Positions 8,849 to 18,577 of a stretch of DNA of 64,000 nucleotides are shown here, piece after piece. The notes beneath the pieces are model-generated. The model was not told where the DNA came from and ran no database searches. It was given only the letters and a program-made list of their open reading frames with translations. The stretch is from NCBI GenBank assembly GCA_965219445.1, contig CBDCNQ010000004.1, positions 32,001 through 96,000 of the forward strand, written 5' to 3'. The DNA is from Longimicrobiales bacterium (lineage in GTDB: Bacteria; Gemmatimonadota; Gemmatimonadetes; Longimicrobiales; Gaopeijiaceae). The position numbers and the translations under genes were made by a program. Numbering within the stretch: position 1 is the first letter of the stretch; each line of letters begins with the position of its first letter.

Positions 8849-9241
8849 ATGACGACCGACAACACCTCCTTTTCCCGAAAATTGGCTGCCCGGGCGCCAC
8901 TGTTTGCCAGTGTGGCAGGGATGGTGATCTCATTGAGTAGCGTCTTCTTCTTCGTCGAGGACGACTTTCGCCGGATCCTGGGCGTAACCGCCGGGCTTTT
9001 CTGCCTTCTGCTCGCGGTCTGGTACGCAACCCATCCCTTCGTCAAGAATGAGCGCCGTTATACGGAGCTCAGGGGAGAAGTGGTCAAATTCGTCGGTCTC
9101 GCAAAGGAGCTGCACCACGCAGCCGTTCGAGGAGACGACGACGAGTTCGAGTCGATCAAGGACCGGGTGCCGGCCCAGGTCGAGACGGTCATCGATATGG
9201 CGCGACAATCAGAGCCGATCGGCCCTGCGGCTGGGGACTAG
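8849..9241 (+). CDS. 2-TM membrane protein with helical C-terminus
   Basis: Two TM helices, then RRYTELRGEV. Confidence 0.75.
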   Translation: MTTDNTSFSRKLAARAPLFASVAGMVISLSSVFFFVEDDFRRILGVTAGLFCLLLAVWYATHPFVKNERRYTELRGEVVKFVGLAKELHHAAVRGDDDEFESIKDRVPAQVETVIDMARQSEPIGPAAGD

Positions 9242-9298
9242 CTGTTGGGGTCGCCTTGTCCATGACGCAAGGCTCGCGCTCGCCTTGGGAGAGGTGCT

Positions 9299-10144
9299 TC
9301 AGCTGATCCGCAACCGAGCTGTAAGATACGCGAGTCGCGATGAGAGATCGGCCTGGGCGACGTCCCTCAGATCCGGCGACAGGGAAGCGAGCAGATCCGC
9401 CAGCGCCTCGGTAGCATAAGAGAAGCCCGTCCGAACCGGCTCGGGGTTGGTCCCCGTCACGACCCTCGCAATTCCCCGAAGCGTCATGTCGACCAAACGG
9501 CGATCGACGTAGGCGTTCTCGAATCGATTCTCATATTCGGCCACGAGATTCTGCATGGCCGACAGCCCGTGCGGCAGGTTGTCGGGCAACGAAGAGAAAT
9601 CGGTGATCCCCGGGACGATCGAGATTCGGAGGAGCCCGGTCTCGGAGGGCACGTAGAGGTCGAGAAACGGCGAGGCTCCGAGCTCGAGCGGGCCAGCACC
9701 TCCACTCGGTCGCCGGAACCCCCGTCCCCAGCTCGAAAGCTGTGTAGCGATCGAGCTGGCGGGCGCCCTCCCGTCCTGCTCCTCGACGCGCGGCCGGCCG
9801 AACACGGCGATGGCCGGCGCAGAGTAAGCCAGGGTCCATCCCCAATCGTCGCCATCGACCTGCAGCCCCTCGTCGGTGAAGGCGAACGACTCTGCCGGAC
9901 TCTGCGGAGGAACGTCGACGAGGTCACTCCCAGCAACGAGAACGGTCTCGAGACCGGCCGCGTCCAGGGCGGTTGCAGTGTCCAGGAGGCTGTCCTCGCC
10001 TTTTGCCGCAAACCAGATCTCGGGCAGGGCGTAATTGGTCTTCATCCCGACCTCGGCGGCCGTGAGACCGAAATGGGACGCCGCCTCGGCCGCGTCCACG
10101 TCACCATGAGGCGGGTTGGAGATGAGCAGTTGCCGAGCGTTCAC
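9299..10144 (-). CDS. Hypothetical protein
   Basis: 281-aa ORF 3 bp downstream of the response regulator. Confidence 0.75.
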   Translation of the reverse strand: MNARQLLISNPPHGDVDAAEAASHFGLTAAEVGMKTNYALPEIWFAAKGEDSLLDTATALDAAGLETVLVAGSDLVDVPPQSPAESFAFTDEGLQVDGDDWGWTLAYSAPAIAVFGRPRVEEQDGRAPASSIATQLSSWGRGFRRPSGGAGPLELGASPFLDLYVPSETGLLRISIVPGITDFSSLPDNLPHGLSAMQNLVAEYENRFENAYVDRRLVDMTLRGIARVVTGTNPEPVRTGFSYATEALADLLASLSPDLRDVAQADLSSRLAYLTARLRIS

Positions 10145-10147
10145 GCG

Positions 10148-10558
10148 CTAATTCCCAAAAAGGTCCTCTCCCGTTGGTCGCCTTGGCTGTGCTCGTGGCG
10201 TTGGCAGCCCCCCGAGGACCTCTTGGATCGTTTCGATGAGGTCTTCCGGCCTGACGGGCTTGACGAGCCCCGTAATCGCTCCGGACTGCTCTGCTGCATC
10301 GAGGTGTTGGGCCAGGCCGGATACAGCAATGATGGCGGCTTCGGGATCGTACGCGACAATGCGTCGGATGAGGCTCAGTCCGTCGACCTTGGGCATCCGA
10401 AGATCCGTGACGACCAACGCGATGTCGTTTTCCTTATACATCTGCATGGCAGCCTCTCCGTCGCCCGCGAAGAAGGGGGTGTGCCCGGCCTGCTCGATAA
10501 TCCTGCTCTGCAGGAGCCGGTCCATCTCTTCGTCATCGACTATCAATACGTTGGCCAT
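10148..10558 (-). CDS. Single-domain response regulator (CheY-like)
   Basis: VLIVDDE, TDLRMP, VSG, KP. Confidence 0.92.
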   Translation of the reverse strand: MANVLIVDDEEMDRLLQSRIIEQAGHTPFFAGDGEAAMQMYKENDIALVVTDLRMPKVDGLSLIRRIVAYDPEAAIIAVSGLAQHLDAAEQSGAITGLVKPVRPEDLIETIQEVLGGLPTPRAQPRRPTGEDLFGN

Positions 10559-10660
10559 GGCGTATGCAGGTCTGGGGGGGCACCTTCACATACCGGATGA
10601 TAATCGATCCATACAGCGTGACCGTCAGGGGCGCAAGCGCTACTCTCTCGGCCACTCGAG

Positions 10661-11113
10661 CTACCCGACTCTCTCCCGGTCCATCCGCTCCCGCGCCTGG
10701 AGCAAGTCCATCTCGGGCTCCACGGTGGGCCTACCCGCGGCCCGCCGGACGTCCGTGATGATCTCCCTGATCTCGTTCTCGATGTCGTCCATTTCACGTA
10801 TGGCCTCGTCTTGGTTCCGGAACCCGCGCTCCGCATCCACGGCGATCCAGTTGAGTCGCCGTACGTGCTCCAGGAGCAGCACCACCTGGGATCGAAGCTC
10901 GCGAAAGACCCGACCGCGAGTCGCCCAACGGGTGGGGCCGGCCTCCATCGCCGTGACTTCGAAGCGTATGCCGGCCCAGAGAATGATGGGAACGAGGAGC
11001 AAGCCGATAATCAGGCGTGGAGCCTGGTCGAGCGGGAAGTAGAGTACCAGGGCGTCTAACAAGACGCCCAAGACCAGAACGGTTAGATAGAAGGTTCGTG
11101 ACCAGGGTGACAT
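10661..11113 (-). CDS. 2-TM membrane protein, apparent paralogue of 8849-9241
   Basis: Two TM helices, then RVFRELRSQV. Confidence 0.75.
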   Translation of the reverse strand: MSPWSRTFYLTVLVLGVLLDALVLYFPLDQAPRLIIGLLLVPIILWAGIRFEVTAMEAGPTRWATRGRVFRELRSQVVLLLEHVRRLNWIAVDAERGFRNQDEAIREMDDIENEIREIITDVRRAAGRPTVEPEMDLLQARERMDRERVG

Positions 11114-11364
11114 AGGTTCTCCCTCATACGATTCTCGCGCTCACCGCGAGCATCAATTTCCCGTCCGACATCAGGGGGTCGTCGGTCCCCCGCCAAGGAG
11201 ACCCATTCGGCCCTCGTTGGCGAAGCAGGGAAACATATTTTTGCCGAACACCTAATTCACGATTCACCAGATCCCAAGCCGTGTCAAGAGATTTTTCGGG
11301 CCGGAACCAGCCGAGGCCCTGGGAAACATCTGGAGAAGATATCGGCCTTCCGCTCTGTGGTACT

Positions 11365-12525
11365 CTAGCTTTCCGAGATTGCCGACAGATCGACCCAACT
11401 CCGAGCTGCCAAAGGCCGGACCCGGGTGAGGCCCGAATTTTCGAGGATGGCGCGGCTGACGGCACACGTTGAAGTCGAGACCACGGATCCGCCTACGAGC
11501 GACTGAGTGTTCAAGTCGGCGTTGCTGGCCATGACGCCACCGTACACGCGGTTCCCCGAGCCCTGGGTCCCCAAGCTTCCCTGCACGATGACGATGCCGT
11601 AGAAGGCGAAGTTGCCCCGCAGATCGAGGTCTCCATCCACGAGCAGGACTCCCTGGCCCACGCCTCCGGACTGCACGTTGGCGTTGCCGGTGATGTGGAT
11701 GACGGGAAACCAATCCCAGCAGGCGGCTCCCGGGTTCTCGGGATTGCCCCAGTTGAGGGGGAATCCCGGGCCCGCAAGACAGTCACCGCCGGCCGTGCTG
11801 TCAGGCTCCAGGCTGCTGAGGCCCCCTCCGCTGAGGCGGATGTTCGCCATGGCGGTGAGCGCATCCCATTCCAGGTCGCCGAACTGGGTGAAGGTCGAGT
11901 CCGCGATGTAGGTGTCCTCCGCTACGGGCGGATCTCCCGTGAGTTCCGCAGCGCCCCCCTGTATCGTGACCTGGCTGGCGTCGTCCGTGAGGATCCCCGG
12001 CTTGTCGGCCCCTAGCGGGCCGCAGACGCCTCCCCAACCGATGGGCATTTCGTCTTCGCCGTGCACCTCCGCCGTCCCTTGGAGCCTCGTTGGTCCCCGA
12101 GTGGTCAGCGCCGCGGGCGGCGCGATGTCGGCGATCACCAAGCGGGTGGTCACGCCCACGCGACGTGAGGCCCCCGAAAGCATCGCGCCACCCCTGGTGA
12201 CCGTGCCGTCGACATCCACGAAGTACAGGAGGTCGGTCAGCTTGGTGATGCGGGCCGTCACCTGGCCGACGCCCGCGTAGTTCTGCGTAACGGTCGTATC
12301 ACCCCAGTTGGGCAGCGCTCCGAAGAGCTCGACGTCCCAGTTGTCCATGACGTCCACCAACCCCTGCTCGGTCAAATAGAAGGCCATGCCGGCGTGCTCG
12401 CTCGCTGTGCCGATCCGCCCCTCCTGGCGCGCCATGAAGAATCCTCCAGTGGTGATTACGCCGACGATCACAAGGGCGAAAACCGCCACGGGAAGTGCAA
12501 AGCCGCGCTGTTCTTTCTGTACCAT
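11365..12525 (-). CDS. PilX-like minor pilin
   Basis: G|FALPVAVF (no Glu5); AFYLTEQG; GQGVLLVDGDL beta-helix-like C-terminus. Confidence 0.85.
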   Translation of the reverse strand: MVQKEQRGFALPVAVFALVIVGVITTGGFFMARQEGRIGTASEHAGMAFYLTEQGLVDVMDNWDVELFGALPNWGDTTVTQNYAGVGQVTARITKLTDLLYFVDVDGTVTRGGAMLSGASRRVGVTTRLVIADIAPPAALTTRGPTRLQGTAEVHGEDEMPIGWGGVCGPLGADKPGILTDDASQVTIQGGAAELTGDPPVAEDTYIADSTFTQFGDLEWDALTAMANIRLSGGGLSSLEPDSTAGGDCLAGPGFPLNWGNPENPGAACWDWFPVIHITGNANVQSGGVGQGVLLVDGDLDLRGNFAFYGIVIVQGSLGTQGSGNRVYGGVMASNADLNTQSLVGGSVVSTSTCAVSRAILENSGLTRVRPLAARSWVDLSAISES

Positions 12526-12578
12526 CTCATCCTACCTCGATTGGACCGATCCAGGCCGTTCGCTGATTCCGTAGTTCG

Positions 12579-13379
12579 TTAATTCCGTAGATAGATCGCA
12601 GTTGAAAGGGAATCCGCCACCGGATATCCCTGCTGGTTCAGGACGCTGGCCTTGGACCGAAGGGTCACGTCGACGCGTGACACCGCCCTGGGGTTCGTCG
12701 TGACGTTTCCGATGGAGTCCACGTATGTGAACGAGACTCCATTCGGTGCGAGTGGCCCCACCAGGGGCTCCGTCCTCGCGCCTGACCTGCGGGCCAGATA
12801 GTTTTCCCCGTCCACCACGTACAATCCGTACGTGTAGATCTTGAACCCTCTGACCGGAGCGCCAATCCGCACCGTGTCGCTCGCCAGCGCCGCGGCCAAG
12901 GCCGGAACCGTAAGCAACTGGGCAGGATCTCCTCCCAAGCACGTCTGGGTCGTGTCGATGCCACCCACGGCCCCCGCAAGGATCGTGTCGTCACTCGCGA
13001 TGTCGGTATCGTTGTCGGCGAAGACCATGACGGAGTCTCCGTCCTCGAAAAAGCGACCGATCTTCTGCACGCGCACCGGGCTTCCCGTTGCGTTCGTCCC
13101 GCACACCAAGCCGAAAGCCCGCATGGCTCGGATCTCGATCCGATCGGATCCCAAAGTCAGGATGTCACCTTCGGCGCGGCTTATCTCTCGGAGCTCGGAA
13201 AAAAGGATGTCGAGCCCGGCACGAACGTTCTGCTGACCCTGAATCTGCGCCGTCTGGACCGTCAAGGCTCTCTGACTTGAAAGCAGGATCTGATAGGTGG
13301 CGCCGACCAACATTGCACCGACGACGGCCACGATCATCAGCTCAACGAGCGTGAACCCGCGTCTGTCCCCGGTCTTCAT
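12579..13379 (-). CDS. PilW-like minor pilin
   Basis: G|FTLVELMIV; SELRE; C-terminal LRN. Confidence 0.87.
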   Translation of the reverse strand: MKTGDRRGFTLVELMIVAVVGAMLVGATYQILLSSQRALTVQTAQIQGQQNVRAGLDILFSELREISRAEGDILTLGSDRIEIRAMRAFGLVCGTNATGSPVRVQKIGRFFEDGDSVMVFADNDTDIASDDTILAGAVGGIDTTQTCLGGDPAQLLTVPALAAALASDTVRIGAPVRGFKIYTYGLYVVDGENYLARRSGARTEPLVGPLAPNGVSFTYVDSIGNVTTNPRAVSRVDVTLRSKASVLNQQGYPVADSLSTAIYLRN

Positions 13380-13786
13380 GGCCTCAGCACCCTGTAGAGC
13401 ACCGTATCCGCGACGGCGTTCGATAGCATGGGACTCGACTGACTCTCGGATGCCGAGACCCGGCCCGGCCCCACCGCCACGATGCGGACCGCCTGGGTCT
13501 GCGGCGTGGTAACGGTCGGGGTCCAGGAGACCACCAACGGCCCGATCGTGTCCTGCCCCTCGCTGATCGAATCGTAGGGGGTCGCGCGGATGCGCTCCAT
13601 CACGCTTTGGATGGCTGCGACCCGCGCCGTAGTCACCTCAGCCAGCGTGAGCTGGCGGGTGATGAACAGTGTCGTCGTGGCGAGCCCCATTACACCGAAG
13701 GCGAGTACGAAAAGGGCCATGACCAGCTCGACCAGCGAGAAACCAGCGTCGGGGCGCATGCCACCTGCTTGGCGTCCGGACATCAT
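13376..13786 (-). CDS. PilV-like minor pilin
   Basis: G|FSLVELVMAL; MERIRATPY. Confidence 0.85.
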   Translation of the reverse strand: MMSGRQAGGMRPDAGFSLVELVMALFVLAFGVMGLATTTLFITRQLTLAEVTTARVAAIQSVMERIRATPYDSISEGQDTIGPLVVSWTPTVTTPQTQAVRIVAVGPGRVSASESQSSPMLSNAVADTVLYRVLRP

Positions 13787-14244
13787 TTGACCACCACCTG
13801 TCCGAGCGTAAGAACCCGAACCGAAGCCGTGTCCGACGCAAGCAGAAAGGAGACCGTCACGGGAGAATCGAAGTTGTTGCATCCTATATCGGCGAAGCCG
13901 CGAGCGTTCATACAGACGCTCACGTCCGCGTTGGTCGACGTGCGCATGTCCACGTTGAACTCATCCCCGAAATCAACGGTCTCGAGGACCTCGCCAGCCC
14001 GACTCAGCCATACGCTGTCATCGTCTGGATCGAGGTTCAGCTGAACGATTTGTCCGTACTCCACGGCATGTGCCCGGGCACGAGCGTGCATCGACATGAA
14101 GGTCTGTCGGGCTCCCTTGGTCGCGAAGCGCCCGGAAACGCCGTTGAAGCTCGTGATGGCGATGCTGGTGAGGACGGATCCCACCATGATGACCACCACG
14201 AGTTCAATGATTGAAAAGCCTGACCTTCTTGTATCCATTTCCAT
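13783..14244 (-). CDS. FimT/GspH-like minor pilin
   Basis: G|FSIIELVVV; ARARAHAV. Confidence 0.85.
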   Translation of the reverse strand: MEMDTRRSGFSIIELVVVIMVGSVLTSIAITSFNGVSGRFATKGARQTFMSMHARARAHAVEYGQIVQLNLDPDDDSVWLSRAGEVLETVDFGDEFNVDMRTSTNADVSVCMNARGFADIGCNNFDSPVTVSFLLASDTASVRVLTLGQVVVK

Positions 14245-14286
14245 TTCGTTCGTTAAGACGATGGGAGGAGCCACGTTGGACAATCC

Positions 14287-14301
14287 GCGAGATCCGTGCC
14301 A
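14287..14301 (-). promoter_or_regulatory. Sigma54 (-24/-12) promoter of pilin operon 2
   Basis: TGGCAC-GGATC-TCGC vs consensus TGGCAC-N5-TTGC, ~43 bp upstream of the ATG. Confidence 0.6.
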
Positions 14302-14352
14302 TGCGAGGATCCCAACAACCGCGGGCCCTCTTCCCTTATGCAGTCACTGATT

Positions 14353-14389
14353 CGGGTAAACTTTTCCCGGCACCGGGTAAAGAGTACCC
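14353..14389. promoter_or_regulatory. Tandem palindromic operator/enhancer sites
   Basis: GGGTAAACTTTTCCC and GGGTAAAGAGTACCC, 21 bp apart. Confidence 0.45.
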
Positions 14390-14614
14390 TGAAAAAAGGC
14401 GCTCAGAATGGGTAGAAAACGGGGTAGACGTGGGGGAGTTTTCGGCTAGGAAGGGCGCGGTGGCGTGGAGTCGCGATGCGGCCGGGAGGCCACGGCCATT
14501 AAGCTCAGCCTAGGGTGGGGACCACTCAGGAGCTCGAATGCCATGTAGCTTCCGTCCGGAGAGATCGCCGCATCCGTCAGGGCATCGGAGCGGCTAGATG
14601 TTGTACATTAAGCT

Positions 14615-16930
14615 TTGAGCAACCGTCACCCGGAGTTCACGCTGAACGCTTCCCAATACTGTAGCTTCCGCTACCGTGCCGCACCGCTCGCGACCGGTCT
14701 GCTGTTGGCTGTGACTGCGCTCCCAGCATCGGCACAGGTCAGTCCTGAGGAAGGGCACTCAAGGGGCGCGCTCAAGGAGCCCACAGCAGCAGCTTCCGCG
14801 ACCGAGACGAACCGTGAGCGGTACGAGCTCCCTGCCGTGCGGGTTGAGGAGGGCCCGGTCATCGACGGAGTCCTGGACGACCCGGCATGGGAACAAGCCG
14901 CCCTGATTGACGAGTTCGTCCAGCAGGAGCCCCTCGAGGGTGCCCCTGCCACGCAACGGACCGAGGTTCGCGTGCTCTTCGACGGGGCGAGCCTCTACGT
15001 GGGCGTCCTTGCTTTCGATTCCTCTCCGGAACGTGTCACCGCCACCGAGATGCGGCGGGACGGGCCCCAGATCATGAACGAGGACAGCTTCCAGATCATC
15101 CTCGACACCTTCATGGACTCCCGTTCCGCGTACATGTTCGTCGTGAGCCCGCTCGGGGCGATGCTGGACCAGCAGGTCATTCGGGAGGGCCAGGGGACGC
15201 AGCGTGGCACCTCGTCGAACATAAACCTGCAGTGGGACGGAGTCTGGGACGCGTCGGCGCGCAGGACCCCGGAGGGGTGGGCCGCCGAGGTTCGGATCCC
15301 GATGGTCACCCTCCGGTTCCCCGCCGCGTCCCCGCAGTCGTGGGGGATCAACTTCATGCGGAACATCCCTCACCTGAACGAGGTGTTGTTCTGGGCCCCG
15401 ATTCCACTCCCCTACGGAATCACCCGGGTGAGCCTCGCGGGCACGCTGAACGGACTCGAAGGCCTCAGCCGGGGGCGGGATCTGCGCATCAAGCCTTTCG
15501 TGGTGGCGGGAGGCGAGGCTGAGCGCAGCGAAGGGGTTTCGACCCGGTCGATCTCCCGCGATATGGGCCTCGATATCAAGTACGGGATCACCCCCAGCCT
15601 GAACCTCGATCTGACCCTCAACACGGATTTCGCGCAAGCAGAGGTAGACGACGAGCGAGTGAACTTGACGCGCTTCCCCCTCTTCTTCCCGGAGAAGCGG
15701 GACTTCTTCCTGGAAAACGCCGGCCAATTCAACGTCGGGACGACGGGCACAGGCCAACGGGCCGACCTCTTCTTCACCCGCCGGATCGGGATTGACGAGA
15801 GCGGTGGGCAGGTTCCGATCATCGCCGGGGCACGGATGACCGGGAAGGTGGGGCAGAACGACGTCGCGGTCATGGACATCCAGACCGACGACGCGTTCGG
15901 CCAACCCGGACAGAACTTCCTGGTGGCACGCTATAGCCGTGACATCCTGAGCCGTTCGAAGGTGGGGGGGATCGTGGTCAACCGGCAGGCTACGAGCGGT
16001 GGGGACTACAACCGCACCTACGCAGCAGACGCCGCGCTCGCGCTCGGTTCGAGTCTACGGATCAACGGGTTCCTGGCCCAGACCCAGACTCCGGCGATCT
16101 CTTCGGACGACCAAGCAGGTTATTTCCGGGCGCATTGGCTGAGCGATTCCTGGGATATCTATCTCGATCACGTTGACCTCGGGGACAACTTCAACCCGGA
16201 GGTGGGCTTCGTGCCCCGGGTCGGCGTCCGCTCGACCAAGTTCCTTTTCAATTGGACTCCTAGGCCCGATTTTGGGGGGATTCGGGTCATGGACGGACCG
16301 ATGTGGCAGCTGGTCTATACGACCGACCAGGCCGGACGGCTCGTATACCGACAGTTTCACCACATGATCCGGATCATATTCGAGAACAGCGCGCGCTTGG
16401 ACTTCGTCTACAACAGGAACTTCGAACGTCTGGACGAGCCGTTTTCTGTGCAGGGCATCTCCATCGCCCCTGGGAAATACTACTTCTACAACGCGAGAAT
16501 CGGCTTCAACAGCGATCCATCCCGACAGGTCAGCTACAGCGTCACCTACCGTCCCCAGGGCTTCTACGGCGGGAACCGGAAGGATCTTTCGCTGAATCTC
16601 GGATCCCGGATTACCTCCAAGTTCTCGACCGCAGTACAGTACACGCGAAACGACGTGGACCTCCCGGTTGGAGACTTCGTGACTCAGCTCGGCTCCCTCC
16701 GCGTCGACTACGCATTCTCTCCGACGCTCAGCCTCCGGACGCTGACGCAATACAACTCGTCAAGGGATCAGTGGAGCACGAGCGCGCGCTTCCGCTACAT
16801 CTATCGTCCTGGAAGCGACCTCTACATCGTCTACGATGAGGTACGCCGGGACATCAACGGCATTCCCCTCGCTCAGGAGTTCCGGGACCGCCGGCTCATC
16901 ATCAAGGCGACCTACCTCCTGACCATGTAG
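14615..16930 (+). CDS. CBM9-like + DUF5916 outer-membrane protein
   Basis: PVIDGVLDDPAW, WGINF, NTDFAQAEVD, RFPLFFPEKRDFFLEN, LFFTRRIG; start uncertain. Confidence 0.85.
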   Translation: MSNRHPEFTLNASQYCSFRYRAAPLATGLLLAVTALPASAQVSPEEGHSRGALKEPTAAASATETNRERYELPAVRVEEGPVIDGVLDDPAWEQAALIDEFVQQEPLEGAPATQRTEVRVLFDGASLYVGVLAFDSSPERVTATEMRRDGPQIMNEDSFQIILDTFMDSRSAYMFVVSPLGAMLDQQVIREGQGTQRGTSSNINLQWDGVWDASARRTPEGWAAEVRIPMVTLRFPAASPQSWGINFMRNIPHLNEVLFWAPIPLPYGITRVSLAGTLNGLEGLSRGRDLRIKPFVVAGGEAERSEGVSTRSISRDMGLDIKYGITPSLNLDLTLNTDFAQAEVDDERVNLTRFPLFFPEKRDFFLENAGQFNVGTTGTGQRADLFFTRRIGIDESGGQVPIIAGARMTGKVGQNDVAVMDIQTDDAFGQPGQNFLVARYSRDILSRSKVGGIVVNRQATSGGDYNRTYAADAALALGSSLRINGFLAQTQTPAISSDDQAGYFRAHWLSDSWDIYLDHVDLGDNFNPEVGFVPRVGVRSTKFLFNWTPRPDFGGIRVMDGPMWQLVYTTDQAGRLVYRQFHHMIRIIFENSARLDFVYNRNFERLDEPFSVQGISIAPGKYYFYNARIGFNSDPSRQVSYSVTYRPQGFYGGNRKDLSLNLGSRITSKFSTAVQYTRNDVDLPVGDFVTQLGSLRVDYAFSPTLSLRTLTQYNSSRDQWSTSARFRYIYRPGSDLYIVYDEVRRDINGIPLAQEFRDRRLIIKATYLLTM

Positions 16931-16999
16931 TCGGAAGCTAGCAACCCCCAAGGAGCCAATCGAGGGACCGGCACCCAGCGCAACATACTGCTTGTGTGT

Positions 17000-17464
17000 T
17001 CAGCGCGACTCGTAGATCGAGCTATTGCCTTCCCGGTCGAACGTCAGAACGTCATAGGGCATCGGCCGGGAGCCTTCCATCCCCGGTGGACCTACGATCA
17101 TGCCGGGCACGGTGATGCCCGCCCAGCCTGCATCCTCCTCCAAGAAGCGCATGAGCAGGTCCGCCGGAACGTGGCCCTCGACGATGTGGTCTCCGACCTG
17201 GGCCGTGTGACACCCTCTGAACTCGGGGGCGACTCCGTGCTCCTCCTGTATCGCCCAGACGTCATCGACCTCGTTGAGCGTTACTTCAAAACCGTTGTCT
17301 CGTAGGTGACCCACCCACCGGGCGCAGCATGCTCAGGTAGGGTTGTGGTACACCGTGACGGTCGGAAGCTGAGTCTGAGCAGGAGCGAACCCGATACCCG
17401 CGATCGCGACAAGGGCGAGCGCCGCAGCGCCAACTCCGAACTTCGTGGCCTTCCCGAAAGACAT
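17000..17464 (-). CDS. DUF411 metal-binding protein, predicted selenoprotein (UGA codon 44)
   Basis: Signal peptide, then VYHNPT-[TGA]-ACCARWVGHL..GCHTA..EGHVPA..VPGM; family motif is PTCGCC; GGAG RBS. Confidence 0.82.
17302..17318 (-). promoter_or_regulatory. Bacterial SECIS-like hairpin
   Basis: GUGGGUG-GGU-CACCUAC starting 14 nt after the UGA; G-led loop. Confidence 0.55.
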
Positions 17465-17621
17465 TTGGTATCTCCATCTGTAGGGACTAGGCGGGTGGTG
17501 GAAAGGTACGGCCAGGCACCCAGAGCCGCCATGTGTGTGTCACCGCCGGACCCCCATCCACCGTAAGGACCGGCTGCGCCAGTTTGGCGATCACCGGTTT
17601 CCGACCGTTGGCTGCAGGCCC

Positions 17622-18344
17622 TCAGTTCACCCCGTCCTGGGGATGCGCCTCGATCCATTCACGGGACAGCCTTTGGCCCTCGGCAATTTGCTCACGAGTC
17701 ATCAGCTGCTCAACGACATCCTTGTTCCCCCCCACAATATCATAGCCCTGGGCGGCGGAGAGATTGAACCACATATAGGCGAAGACTAGATCTTCCGGAA
17801 TACCTTTCCCCCGGCTATACATCGTTCCCAGGCTCCACTGGCCGAAAGCATCCCCCTGCTCAGCAGCGAGCCGATACCAGCGGACGGCTTCCGCGTCGTC
17901 CTCCGGGACGCTCCTACCTTCGTCGTACATCATCCCAAGTAGGCTCTGCATCTCAGCGACTCCCTGTTCGGCAGCTAGCCGAAACCAGCGAACGGCTTCC
18001 GTAGGGTCGGTGGTGACGCCCCACCCGTTGTAGTACATCTCTCCAAGCTTCGACTGGGCGAAAGCATCCCCCTGCTCACCAGCGAGCCGATACCAGCGCA
18101 CCGCTTCCGTATCGTCCTTCGGGACCCCACTGCCAGTGGCGTACCTCAATCCAAGCTTCGACTGGGCGTGAGCATGCCCCTGATCAGCGCAACGAATCAG
18201 ATCCTCGAACGGCGACGCGGAATCGACATTCGCGCAGGAAGGCAACTGAGCATCCTGCGCCGATCCGATGCCCAGGACGATGGAGAACGTGCCAACCACT
18301 GTGCCTATCAAGATGCCGAACGCGCCGTTACGACCCACCACCAT
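17622..18344 (-). CDS. Sel1-repeat protein
   Basis: Four LG.MY..G.GV..D..EAVRWYRLAAEQG-type repeats; N-terminal hydrophobic segment; start uncertain. Confidence 0.9.
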   Translation of the reverse strand: MVVGRNGAFGILIGTVVGTFSIVLGIGSAQDAQLPSCANVDSASPFEDLIRCADQGHAHAQSKLGLRYATGSGVPKDDTEAVRWYRLAGEQGDAFAQSKLGEMYYNGWGVTTDPTEAVRWFRLAAEQGVAEMQSLLGMMYDEGRSVPEDDAEAVRWYRLAAEQGDAFGQWSLGTMYSRGKGIPEDLVFAYMWFNLSAAQGYDIVGGNKDVVEQLMTREQIAEGQRLSREWIEAHPQDGVN

Positions 18345-18577
18345 TCCGAGTCCTGAAGAGAGAGTCCTCGCGCTACGTCTCGCATACATCCTAAGCGGGA
18401 CTCCGCCCCTTCGCGAGTCCGCGTCCGGACACCACACGTCGGGAACGGTGGGGCACCCTGTGAACGAGGAGACGGGCGCCTTTATGTCCAGTAAGAAGCG
18501 ACGCACCCGGCAACACGGTGGCAGGATCATCGCTCGGCCCCGTAGTGCCCCCGCAGCACAATAACCCTAGAGTCTTG

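Noticed and set aside
11114..11364. c-di-GMP riboswitch in the pilin intergenic region
   Set aside because: Lacks the GEMM consensus; only isolated hairpins
17760..18190. 108-bp periodic repeats suggesting CRISPR
   Set aside because: They are coding Sel1 repeats; no CRISPR array or cas gene seen in the window
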